A stretch of 64,000 nt of DNA from an uncultured cyanobacterium (GTDB taxonomy: Bacteria; Cyanobacteriota; Cyanobacteriia; Pseudanabaenales; Pseudanabaenaceae). The notes beneath the pieces were generated by a model that made no database searches, was not told the origin of the DNA, and saw only the letters and a program-made list of their open reading frames with translations. Both the position numbers and the translations under genes were made by a program. Shown here piece by piece: positions 51,346 through 60,421 of the stretch (its first letter is position 1; the number at the start of each line of letters is the position of its first letter). Location of the stretch: positions 1,312,001 through 1,376,000 of the forward strand of contig OY969811.1 of assembly GCA_963703315.1 (NCBI GenBank). The letters are read 5' to 3'.

Positions 51346-51417
51346 TCGATGAAAACAAAATTTATTTTTTTACTTGCCAAGATTGCACACTATGTTATTA
51401 TTAGATTCGCGAGTTAA

Positions 51418-51491
51418 GGGCTTGTAGCTCAGTGGACTAGAGCACGTGGCTACGGACCACGGTGTCGGGGGTTCGAATCCCTCCTGGCCCG
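51418..51491 (+). tRNA. tRNA-Arg(ACG)
   Basis: GGGCTTGTAGCTCAGTGGACTAGAGC; anticodon arm CGTGG-CTACGGA-CCACG; GGTTCGAATCC T-loop; CCA not encoded. Confidence 0.95.
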
Positions 51492-51496
51492 TCTAA

Positions 51497-51528
51497 TAAA
51501 AAAGCAGCACTTAGTGCTGCTTTTTTAT
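51497..51528 (+). terminator. Probable intrinsic terminator after the tRNA
   Basis: AAAAAAGCAGCAC-TTA-GTGCTGCTTTTTT. Confidence 0.6.
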
Positions 51529-51601
51529 GAAAATTTTTTAGGTAATCTAAAGAAGCAATTTTTTGTAACGTGGCGAAGCCACGTTACAAAAAATTGCTTC
51601 T

Positions 51602-52672
51602 TTATTTGGTTTTAAATTTGCCGATGATCGCCTGATCGACATCATTGGGACTAGCAATCCAATAACTAAAGCGAAACTCATTTGGATCGCTTGGTCTTCC
51701 TTTGAGGCTAGAGGATTGAATTTGTTCGGGTTTTAAAGTCATGGCAAAAGTAGCGATCGACATCATTTCGTCAAAACTGAGGTTAGAGTCCACGTGTTTT
51801 TGCATGACATTAATCAAATCAGGAAGATGCAGTACCACCATAGGATTAGCAATTTTGGCTTTGACTGCTTTTAAAATGATCTGCTGACGTTGAATGCGCC
51901 CAATATCCCCCTCTTCATCATGGCGAAATCTGGCAAAACCTTCAGCTTGCTGACCATTGAGGGTTTGTAACCCTGCATAGAGATCAATATTTAGCTTTTG
52001 AGTTTTGTCAACATACTTCATCCGCTTAGGGACATTGACCTCAACGCCGCCAAGGGCATCAACTAAAGCCGCTAAACCAGAAGTATCGACTCGTACATAG
52101 CGATCGATCTCAACACCATTCAATTTCTCAGCAACAACTTCTTGGGCAAGGGCAGCACCACCATAGACATTAGCAGAATTGATTTTCGTGACCCCGTAGT
52201 TAGGGATGGGAACTTGCGTATCGCGAGGAATTGATAGCATCTTTATTGAGCGATCGCTTGGATCTAGACGCACTAGCAACATCCCATCACTACGACCATT
52301 GAAAGATTCGGGAGAGCCAAGAGGTGCATCAAGTACACGATCCACACCCATGACTAAAATTTGATAGGGACGCTCTAATTTGCGACCTAAACCTTCAATC
52401 AAGACTTCTTCAGGCTTACGACCCGTCATTAAGCCGCCCCAATCGAGGGCATTAATCGGCATAATACGTCCTAAAAAAGCACCTGCACCAATGGAGACTA
52501 ATAGGGATAATGTAAAACCAATTTTTGCAAAGGGGATCTGCGGAGCTTTCTTGGGCAGAACTGGCTTTGCTACATCGACTTGCATAGTTTCTAGTGTAGT
52601 GGTAGGCAAATCAGCGCGATGGGAGTAGTCGGCTGACCGAATTTTCGATGCTGTAATCGGTCTATTAGGCAC
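51602..52672 (-). CDS. LytR-CpsA-Psr (LCP) family protein
   Basis: ILVMGVD; RSD; LSIPRDT; RFRHDEEGDIGRIQRQQ. Confidence 0.9.
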   Translation of the reverse strand: MPNRPITASKIRSADYSHRADLPTTTLETMQVDVAKPVLPKKAPQIPFAKIGFTLSLLVSIGAGAFLGRIMPINALDWGGLMTGRKPEEVLIEGLGRKLERPYQILVMGVDRVLDAPLGSPESFNGRSDGMLLVRLDPSDRSIKMLSIPRDTQVPIPNYGVTKINSANVYGGAALAQEVVAEKLNGVEIDRYVRVDTSGLAALVDALGGVEVNVPKRMKYVDKTQKLNIDLYAGLQTLNGQQAEGFARFRHDEEGDIGRIQRQQIILKAVKAKIANPMVVLHLPDLINVMQKHVDSNLSFDEMMSIATFAMTLKPEQIQSSSLKGRPSDPNEFRFSYWIASPNDVDQAIIGKFKTK

Positions 52673-52732
52673 ACACTACTCCATGCTTCTATAATGCTCA
52701 ACAAATAACATATACCGCAAGTCATCAACTCT

Positions 52733-53686
52733 ATGCAAGCTGTAATTATTGCTGGTGGGAAAGGAACACGCCTCAGACCCTTGACCTATGGATGTCCTAA
52801 GCCGATGCTACCTTTGGTTGATCGCCCATTTTTAGAATGGATGATTAATCGCTGTCGTGAAGCTAGTGTGAACGACATTTTGTTAAATGTGCAGTATCAC
52901 TCGCAACAAGTGATTGATTATTTTGGTGACGGCGATCGCTTTGGCGTAAAAATTCGCTATGTCGAGGAATCAACGCCTCTAGACACCGCAGGAGCAATTA
53001 AGCTTGCAGAGCCATATTTTACAGGCGAATCATTGATTGTGTTCAATGCTGACATTCTCACTAATTTAGACTTGACGGCACTGATAAAGTTTCATAAGGA
53101 CAATCAAGCCGATGCAACTTTGACTTTAACGAGAGTTGAAGACATTACGCCATTTGGCTTGGTGGAGATTAATGCTCAAAGCCAAGTTCAAGCATTTCGC
53201 GAGAAACCTAATGCTGAACAGGCAGTAGAATTTTTAGCTCAAGGTATTAATACAATTAATGCAGGAACCTATATTTTAGAGCCAAAGATTTTTGACATCT
53301 ATCCTACGGGTGAACCTTTGAGCTTTGAACGAAAAGTCTTTCCGAATGTGCTGGAGCGTGGCTTAAAAATGATGGGCTTTGTTTGGGATGGCTATTGGAT
53401 GGACATGGGAACTCCTGAGAAGTATTTCCAAGCACAGGTAGATGTGTTGGAAGGAAAGGTTCCCTTTGATTTTGGCGATCGCTCTGAGCAGAAAAGTACA
53501 GGGGTGTGGGTTGCTAAAACTGCCAATGTTGCGGAAGGTGCAGTTTTAGAAGCGCCTTGCTTTATCGGTGATAATGCTTCTATTGGTAAAGATGCACGTA
53601 TTCCTTCGCAAACTTTAATTGGTGCAAACTCTCTGATTAAAAAGGAAGTTCCTTCAGGGATGTATGCCGCAGGAACTTTTTTATAG
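52733..53686 (+). CDS. NDP-sugar pyrophosphorylase (mannose-1-phosphate guanylyltransferase-like)
   Basis: AGGKGTRLRPLT..PKPMLP; NADIL; short LbH tail. Confidence 0.85.
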   Translation: MQAVIIAGGKGTRLRPLTYGCPKPMLPLVDRPFLEWMINRCREASVNDILLNVQYHSQQVIDYFGDGDRFGVKIRYVEESTPLDTAGAIKLAEPYFTGESLIVFNADILTNLDLTALIKFHKDNQADATLTLTRVEDITPFGLVEINAQSQVQAFREKPNAEQAVEFLAQGINTINAGTYILEPKIFDIYPTGEPLSFERKVFPNVLERGLKMMGFVWDGYWMDMGTPEKYFQAQVDVLEGKVPFDFGDRSEQKSTGVWVAKTANVAEGAVLEAPCFIGDNASIGKDARIPSQTLIGANSLIKKEVPSGMYAAGTFL

Positions 53687-53748
53687 AATGCAAATTTTCT
53701 ATGGCGTGGCTTTGCCACGCCATAGAAAATTTGGTTGCTGACTGTCAA

Positions 53749-56700
53749 TTAACTCGATGATCGCAGTTCTAAGCCTAATACTTGCGTATGTTCTCCACGG
53801 GCTTGAGTTACGCCGATAGTGCGCTCGGAGGCTTCGATCATCGGGCGGCGAAGGCTGACCACGATGAATTGGGCGAGATTGGCTTGCTTGCGTACCATCT
53901 TCGATAGACGCTCGACATTGGAGCCATCAAGGAACATATCGACTTCATCGAAGGCGTAGAAGGGCGAAGGACGATAGCGCTGCAAAGCAAAGATAAAGCT
54001 GAGAGCGGTCAAGGATTTTTCGCCGCCAGACATGGAGGAGAGGTTCTGAACTTGTTTACCCTTGGGGTGTGCGACTAGGGTTAAGCCACCACTTAGGGGC
54101 GCATTCGGATTTTCTAATTGCAGGTAGCCATCACCATCGGAAAGCTCAGAAAATATTTCTTTGAAATGTCCATTAACCGCATCAAAGGCTTGCATAAAGG
54201 CACGTTGACGTAAGGTCGTGAAATTCTCAATCCTGATTAAGAGTTCAGTACGCTCTTGGTTGAGGGTTTCTAAGCGGCTACTCAGTTCATCGAGACGTTC
54301 CGATGTTGCTTCGTATTCCGCGATCGCCATCATATTCACAGGTTCCATCGACTGGATGCGCTTGAGAAGGCGACGTTGCTCTAGTTGCAACTGTTCGAGG
54401 GTCATCGTCTCAGGCACTTCAGGAACGATATCGGGAAGTTCGATTTGATTAAGTTGTTCTGTAAATTGAGCAATTTGTTGTTCGAGTTCAACTTGGCGTT
54501 CACGATTTTTTTGTAACTGCCATTCCTGTTGTTGATATTGCTGCTGTTGAGCGCGGAGCGATCGCTCTGCCGCATCGCGTTCTTGTTTAGCAGCACCGAT
54601 AGTTTGCTCTAGGGCATCAAGACGACTTTGGTAAGAGGTGATCGCCTGTTCTGTTTGCTTGATTTGATGCTGAATTTGCGAAGTACTATTGATTAGTTCG
54701 GCTTGGGTACTGCGAAGTTCTTGCAGACGAGTTTGACGCTGCGCCATCTTTTCGAGGGCAAGTTTATGCTGATTCTCTAATTCACCTAATTGTTGCTTAG
54801 CAGTTCGCAGTTCGATTTCAGCAGTATTTAAGAGAGCGTCTTGACCTTGCAAAGCTTCTTGCGCCTGTAACCAACGGGTATGGGTTCCCGATTTCTCCAG
54901 TTCCGTGAGTTCGGCACGCTTGACTAAAAGTTTAGCTTCGAGTTCGGCAATATTGCCATCAAGGGTATTGAGTTGAGCTTGTCCGATCTCAATGGCGGCG
55001 CGAGTTTTTTGAATTTGGTCTTGCAGACGTGTGCGATCGCGGCTATTGCGTTCGATTTGTTCGTAAATGCGATCGCGTTTGAGTTGGGCTTCACGGTGAG
55101 TGGTTCGCGCCGATTGCAACTGCTCTTCGTACTTGGCGATACCCGTCAATGCGCCGCGCAGACGTTGATTCAGCCGCGCTAACATTTGGTCAATTTCCAA
55201 CAGGCGATCGCGCAATTGCTTCGTTTCCGAAGACTCCGCAGGCTTGGCATTACCAAAATGGAGACTGGAGTGCAATGGCGCACTACCACCCGTCATTGCC
55301 CCTGAAGTTTCCAGAATCTCACCTTCCAGCGTCACCATCCGATATTTGCCGATGTGGAATCGTGCTTGATTGAGATTCTCAAATACCAGCGTATTTCCAA
55401 ATACAAAGGAGAAGACATCTTGATAGCGGTCTTCGTAGGTGACGAGATTAAAAGCGTAGTCAATCGCTCCTAGTTTTTGTGCTTCCACACGGGAAGGGAA
55501 TTTGGCAGGCTGCAATTTATTTAATGGCAAAAAAGTGGCGCGTCCTGCCCGTTCCTTTTTGAGTAAGGCGATCGCCTCCGCAGCCACTTCATCGCTCTCA
55601 ACGACCAGATTTCCTAATCTGCCACCCGCACAAATTTCTAGCGCCAATTGATAGCGTGGTTCCACTAATCCCAATTGGGCAACCAGTCCATAAACCCCCA
55701 ACATATCCGCTTCGATGATTACCTGTGAAGCCCTAGTACCTTGAACTTCGCGGCTTGCCTGTACCTGAGCTTCCAGTTTATCTAATTGACGAGATTTTAC
55801 CCGTTGCTCTTGATTAAGGCGATCGATTGTTTCATTTTGCAGTTGCACTTCTAATTGTGCTTCCGCCAGATTTTTGGCAAGGGTTTGTACTAAGGATTCT
55901 GCACCATTGACCTCAGCTTCCTGTAAGCGCAGAGCATCCTCTAAGGACTGATTAGAGAGCATATCTACCGCATAACGTCCTTCGCCCGCCACAATCTCTT
56001 TAAGTTCCTTCTCTTGGGATTCTAATTGTAGCGATCGCTGATTGAGGACTTCCTTAATCCGAGTTTGTTCTTGTTTTTGTGGATCGAGTTCTGCTTGAGC
56101 CGTATCAACATCTTGTCTAAGTTGAGTTTGCTGGCGCACCCATTCCGAAGATGCCGAGGCGATCGCTTGGACTTCCTTGCGATATTGCGAAACAATTGAC
56201 GACTGTTGATCGCGAGCTTTTTCCGCCGTGACCACCGCTTCTTCTTTAAATTGCTTTTGCGATTCTAACTGTTCCGATTCCCGTAGGAGGCGATCAATTT
56301 CTTCTTGCGTGCTGACAATGTGATTTTGATTATTTTGATAGGAACTAGTTAGCGATTGCTGCTGCCGTTGCAAACCGCGCAATTCTGCCTGTTGCGCTGA
56401 TAGATTGCTCGATACCGAGAGATACTCTTCTTCACCGAGAGTATGCACGCGATCGCTAAGTTCATTAAGCTGAACTGTCCCTGTTTCAATTACTTGGGAG
56501 AGTTCCACTAAGGATTTCTCAATACCTTCACATTGTTCGCGATTGTTAATTAATTCAACATTACGCAATGATTGCTGATAAGTAATTTCACGCTGTTGCA
56601 GCACCGCCTCCGATGCCTCCATGCGTTCATATTCTAACCGCAGCGCCTTATATTTTTCCGCCTTAACGCGATCGCCCTTTAGCTTCTCTTTATTCGCAAT

Positions 56701-57348
56701 CAATTCCTGCTCAACAATCCTAAAACGTTCTTCCTGCGCCTTCACATCATCAAGCTTGTCCTTGGCTGTGGAAATTTTGCGATCAAACTCACCGACACCC
56801 GCCAGTTCATCAATAATCTCGCGCCGCTCCCGCGAATTCATGGAGATAATGCCCGTGACATCCCCTTGCAGCACAACATTATAGCCTTCAGGATAAATAC
56901 GGAACTTGGCTAACTGTTCATGCAGTTCGCTTAAATTGCAAGGAGTTCCATTGATATAGTAAGTAGAAGTATAAGTCCCCTGACTCGTCACCCGCAACTT
57001 CCGCATTACTGTCCATTCGCCCTCGGTCTGCCCCTCAGATCTGGGAATGTCCACACCTTCACTTTGCAGCGCCGCCATCTCTTCCGCTTCTAGCGCAAAG
57101 GTGACGATCACACTCGCCTCGACCATCCGCCCTTTTTTGCTATGGGCTTGGTTAACCAAATCTGGCAAGCGATCCGCCCGCATCCCCTTCGAGCCTGCCA
57201 ACCCCAGCGCAAATAGCAACGCATCCAAAATATTCGATTTGCCCGATCCATTAGGTCCTGAAACTACCGTAAACCCCTGCAAAAGCGGGATCGATACGGT
57301 CGAGCCGAAGGACTTAAATCTGGTGAGTTCTACGTTTTTAATGTACAT
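53749..57348 (-). CDS. smc: Chromosome segregation protein SMC
   Basis: GPNGSGKSN; hinge GRATFLPLN; MSGGEKSL; FDEVD. Confidence 0.96.
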   Translation of the reverse strand: MYIKNVELTRFKSFGSTVSIPLLQGFTVVSGPNGSGKSNILDALLFALGLAGSKGMRADRLPDLVNQAHSKKGRMVEASVIVTFALEAEEMAALQSEGVDIPRSEGQTEGEWTVMRKLRVTSQGTYTSTYYINGTPCNLSELHEQLAKFRIYPEGYNVVLQGDVTGIISMNSRERREIIDELAGVGEFDRKISTAKDKLDDVKAQEERFRIVEQELIANKEKLKGDRVKAEKYKALRLEYERMEASEAVLQQREITYQQSLRNVELINNREQCEGIEKSLVELSQVIETGTVQLNELSDRVHTLGEEEYLSVSSNLSAQQAELRGLQRQQQSLTSSYQNNQNHIVSTQEEIDRLLRESEQLESQKQFKEEAVVTAEKARDQQSSIVSQYRKEVQAIASASSEWVRQQTQLRQDVDTAQAELDPQKQEQTRIKEVLNQRSLQLESQEKELKEIVAGEGRYAVDMLSNQSLEDALRLQEAEVNGAESLVQTLAKNLAEAQLEVQLQNETIDRLNQEQRVKSRQLDKLEAQVQASREVQGTRASQVIIEADMLGVYGLVAQLGLVEPRYQLALEICAGGRLGNLVVESDEVAAEAIALLKKERAGRATFLPLNKLQPAKFPSRVEAQKLGAIDYAFNLVTYEDRYQDVFSFVFGNTLVFENLNQARFHIGKYRMVTLEGEILETSGAMTGGSAPLHSSLHFGNAKPAESSETKQLRDRLLEIDQMLARLNQRLRGALTGIAKYEEQLQSARTTHREAQLKRDRIYEQIERNSRDRTRLQDQIQKTRAAIEIGQAQLNTLDGNIAELEAKLLVKRAELTELEKSGTHTRWLQAQEALQGQDALLNTAEIELRTAKQQLGELENQHKLALEKMAQRQTRLQELRSTQAELINSTSQIQHQIKQTEQAITSYQSRLDALEQTIGAAKQERDAAERSLRAQQQQYQQQEWQLQKNRERQVELEQQIAQFTEQLNQIELPDIVPEVPETMTLEQLQLEQRRLLKRIQSMEPVNMMAIAEYEATSERLDELSSRLETLNQERTELLIRIENFTTLRQRAFMQAFDAVNGHFKEIFSELSDGDGYLQLENPNAPLSGGLTLVAHPKGKQVQNLSSMSGGEKSLTALSFIFALQRYRPSPFYAFDEVDMFLDGSNVERLSKMVRKQANLAQFIVVSLRRPMIEASERTIGVTQARGEHTQVLGLELRSSS

Positions 57349-57525
57349 AGTGGTGATCTGGGGGTGCGATCTGGGGGCTGATCGGTGAGGGATGGTCAGG
57401 GAATGGAGATCGGGCTATGCTAGTTTTTGACAGCACGAAAGTGCCAATAGGCTATCACATCTTGTCAAAAATGGTGTAAGTATCGCCAAGATTTCAGTAA
57501 TTCTCATTAACCATGAATCACCCCT

Positions 57526-57987
57526 ATGAAAATACATTATTGCCTTGTCTCTAGCGCGATCGCCTTACCTCTATATTTCTCACTCGTGCAAACTGCGATC
57601 GCTAATCCAGTTAGTCAATTATTAGAAACTAGAGCCTGTTATGAATGCGAGTTAAGTAATGCCAATCTAGTTGAAGCAAAACTCAATGGTGCAAATCTGA
57701 GCTTGGCAAAAATGCGGGCAGCAGACTTGCGGAAGGCAAATTTAATCGGGGCAAATTTAATCGGGGCTTACTTAAGAGATGCCAATTTTCAAGATGCTAA
57801 TCTACGCTGGGCAAACTTTACTAATGCGGACTTAGAGAATGTGGATTTTCGAGGTGCAGATTTGAGAGGAGCAAAGTTTAATGCAGCTTTATTGAAGGAT
57901 GTTAACTCTCAAAAGAGCATCTTTTGCCGCACGATTATGTCTGACGGCAAGCTCAATAATCGTGATTGTCGATTATCGGGCGATTGA
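57526..57987 (+). CDS. Secreted pentapeptide-repeat protein
   Basis: Signal peptide; A(N/D)Lxx repeats; flanking Cys pairs. Confidence 0.88.
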   Translation: MKIHYCLVSSAIALPLYFSLVQTAIANPVSQLLETRACYECELSNANLVEAKLNGANLSLAKMRAADLRKANLIGANLIGAYLRDANFQDANLRWANFTNADLENVDFRGADLRGAKFNAALLKDVNSQKSIFCRTIMSDGKLNNRDCRLSGD

Positions 57988-58062
57988 ACTGCCAGACACT
58001 GACCGCTTAGGCGTTACAGCGCCCACTTTCTGATTCAATGGGAATATCCGTCTAACAAAATC

Positions 58063-58195
58063 ATGGACAGCTTCCCCACAATCTTTCTATCTCATGGTGC
58101 GCCAGATTTGGGGATTAGAGTCTAAGGGAGTCCAAATCCACAGCAGCTATACCTATGGTGTTTTCAGTATGGCAGCTTACGCATTTAGATCGTAG
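58063..58195 (+). pseudogene. Internally deleted LigB/DODA-type extradiol dioxygenase
   Basis: Frame 1 gives MDSFPTIFLSHGAPDLG (N terminus); a shifted frame gives GVQIHSSYTYGVFSMAAYAFRS* (C terminus). Confidence 0.7.
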
Positions 58196-58204
58196 AGTCG
58201 CAGG

Positions 58205-58308
58205 GCGATCGCCCCTAATCTCAATAATAAAGCGATCGCCTAAAATATCCACACTTTCACGAACAAGCGATCGCCCCCAACCAACCAACAACATCAAACA
58301 GCGATCGC
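58205..58308. repeat. HIP1-anchored repeat block (units A-B-C)
   Basis: GCGATCGC at 58205, 58232, 58267, 58301 with the same spacer types as the 59740 array. Confidence 0.9.
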
Positions 58309-58380
58309 TTATAACCTAAATCACAAAGTGATGTATTTAATGTATTGACATCATGTATTTCACTTGGTTACATTAGAGAC

Positions 58381-58692
58381 ATGGACTTTGAATGGGACAA
58401 CAAAAAGAACAACGCCAATATCGCAAAGCATGGAATTGATTTTGAGTTTGCTAAGGAAATTTTTTCAGGTATTTGGATTTCAAAACCTGACAATCGCAAA
58501 GATTATGGCGAATCTCATTTTATTGCTCTTGGAGGTTTGGAAGGTTTTGTTCTCCTTGCTGTCTACACTCTGCGAGGACAAAGAATACGTCTCATTTCTG
58601 TAAGGCTTGCAAATAAAGAGGAAAGGAGAATTTATTATGGCTATATCGAGAGAAGAACAATTGAAAATCCTTGGTCGGATGAAGGATTCTGA
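58381..58692 (+). CDS. BrnT-family toxin
   Basis: MDFEWDNKKNNANIAKHGIDF; RIRLISVRLANKEERR. Confidence 0.85.
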   Translation: MDFEWDNKKNNANIAKHGIDFEFAKEIFSGIWISKPDNRKDYGESHFIALGGLEGFVLLAVYTLRGQRIRLISVRLANKEERRIYYGYIERRTIENPWSDEGF

Positions 58693-58891
58693 TATTGACT
58701 ATACGGACGCTCCTGCGACAAATGCTGACTTTTGGGAAGATGCAACGGTTAACATTCCACCTGTCAAGGTTCCTGTTACGTTGAGACTTGATCCGAATGT
58801 TTTAGCTTGGTATAAACAACAAGTTCCACGAGGTTATCAAACTCTAATCAATAATGTTCTACAAAAATACATGACAGATCATCAAGCCTAA
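58637..58891 (+). CDS. BrnA-family antitoxin
   Basis: DIDYTDAP; VTLRLDPNVLAWYK...GYQTLINNVL; overlaps the toxin 3' end. Confidence 0.85.
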   Translation: MAISREEQLKILGRMKDSDIDYTDAPATNADFWEDATVNIPPVKVPVTLRLDPNVLAWYKQQVPRGYQTLINNVLQKYMTDHQA

Positions 58892-58902
58892 ACTTGAGTT
58901 AT

Positions 58903-58981
58903 GCGATCGCCTAAAATATCCACACTTGCACCACACAAGCAATCGCCTCTCAACAAACCAACAACATCAAACAGCAATCGC
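58903..58981. repeat. HIP1-anchored repeat block (units B-C, with degenerate GCAATCGC)
   Basis: GCGATCGCCTAAAATATCCACAC... then GCAATCGCCTCTCAACAAACCAACAACATCAAACA. Confidence 0.85.
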
Positions 58982-59002
58982 CTTATTAATTTGTGGCAAA
59001 AA

Positions 59003-59455
59003 CTAGAAAGATTTCCTTGAATCAGTTGATGGAGGATGCCAACCAACTTTCACCCATGCTTGTCTGGCTCTCACAATTTCTGTTTCACTGCGAACTTCAT
59101 CATTCAAATCTAGCCGATTTACAGTTGCTCTTCCCACTTCCGTAATACCAATAATTCTACAGCCATCTTCACTCCAAATAAAATGCTCATTCCATACTTG
59201 CTGGCGAGGATGAAATAGATTTACTGCGTTTAATGTTGCTGGATCTTTTCCTTGTGTGAAGTTGTAATGATGTGAGTTGCAGCGCTGACAAGCTAGGGCT
59301 AAGTTATCTATATTGTCTGAACCTCCAATAGATCTTGGTTGAATGTGATCTATCTCAAACCTTGCAGGGCTAATTTCTTCTGAAGAATGACAATATTCAC
59401 ATAAAAAACTAGCTCTTTGTCTTATTTGGAGTCTTACTGCTGTAGGAATTGCCAT
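59003..59455 (-). CDS. HNH endonuclease
   Basis: CEYC; EIDHIQPRSIGGSD..DNLALACQRCN; LFHPRQQVW. Confidence 0.9.
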   Translation of the reverse strand: MAIPTAVRLQIRQRASFLCEYCHSSEEISPARFEIDHIQPRSIGGSDNIDNLALACQRCNSHHYNFTQGKDPATLNAVNLFHPRQQVWNEHFIWSEDGCRIIGITEVGRATVNRLDLNDEVRSETEIVRARQAWVKVGWHPPSTDSRKSF

Positions 59456-59462
59456 ATAAAAT

Positions 59463-59702
59463 CTAGGCTTCGCTAATAATTTTGGCATTAAGCAAGGTAA
59501 AAATTTGATCTAATTCCAAAATCCCTGCTAATTCTGCTTTTTCTTGGTCATTTAGTCCGATTCCTTTAAGACGCTCATTCAAATTATCTAGGCGCTCTTG
59601 TAATGGCTCAGAGAATTTAAATAAATAGCGATCGCGCACTTTTGCGGTAATAATTCCTGTGGATATCCACGAAGAGGGCTTTACCATTGTTTGAGTCATC
59701 AT
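59463..59702 (-). CDS. Small helical protein directly upstream of the HNH gene (putative antitoxin partner)
   Basis: 79 aa; LQERLDNL...L..QEKAEL; ends 7 bp before the HNH start. Confidence 0.65.
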   Translation of the reverse strand: MMTQTMVKPSSWISTGIITAKVRDRYLFKFSEPLQERLDNLNERLKGIGLNDQEKAELAGILELDQIFTLLNAKIISEA

Positions 59703-59739
59703 TTGTTTAACTCCATTCTCTTGCTAGTGACAATTATAA

Positions 59740-60257
59740 GCGATCGCCTAAAACATCCATGCCTTCGCTAAATAAGCGATCGCCCCTAATCTCAATCAAA
59801 AAGCGATCGCCTAAAATATCCTCACTTTCACCAACAAGCGATCGCCCCTCAACAAACCAACAACATCAAGCAGCGATCGCCCCTCAATATACCAACAACA
59901 TCAAACAGCGATCGCCCCAAATCACAATCAAATAGCGATCGCCCAAAATATCCACATTTTTACCCACAAGCGATCGCCCCCAACCAACCAACAACATCAA
60001 ACAGAGATCGCCCCTAATCTCAACCAAAAAGCGATCGCCTCAAATATCAACACTTCCACCACTCAAGCGATCGCCCCCTCAACAAACCAACAACACCAAA
60101 AAGCGATCGCCCCTAATCTCAATCACAAAGCGATCGCCTAAAATATTCATACTCTCACCACACAAGCGATCGCCCCTCAACAAACCAACAACACCAAACA
60201 GCGATCGCCCCAATCTCAATCAAATAGCGATCGCCTAAATTATCAACACTTTCACCA
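59740..60257. repeat. HIP1-anchored higher-order tandem array, 16 units (B A B C C A B C A B C A B C A B)
   Basis: 15 GCGATCGC plus one GAGATCGC at 26-36 bp spacing; A ~27 bp, B and C ~35 bp; ABC period ~97 bp. Confidence 0.92.
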
Positions 60258-60421
60258 TAGAGATATTTCGCCCAGCCTGAGTAGGTACAATATTTTTTCA
60301 TAGTAATTTAGATCAGTTTGGTTAAAGTCTCATATATTTTATATTTAACAAATACTCACTATTGCCGCTATTTGTCCACTATCATTTATATCAGAAGCTT
60401 TCTTTTAAGGTTGTATAAGCG

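Noticed and set aside
51418..51491. tRNA-Arg as an integration site for an island
   Set aside because: No duplicated tRNA 3' end or integrase was seen, and the flanking genes are core (ruvA, LCP)
37950..57348. scpA and smc in one window without scpB
   Set aside because: These genes are often dispersed in cyanobacteria, so absence from a 64-kb window is uninformative
58115..58297. 60-aa minus-strand ORF
   Set aside because: It is a translation of the HIP1 repeat block (GDR repeats) and the antisense of the pseudogene
59740..60257. CRISPR array
   Set aside because: The constant part is only 8 bp, the spacers are recurring A/B/C types rather than unique sequences, and no cas genes are present
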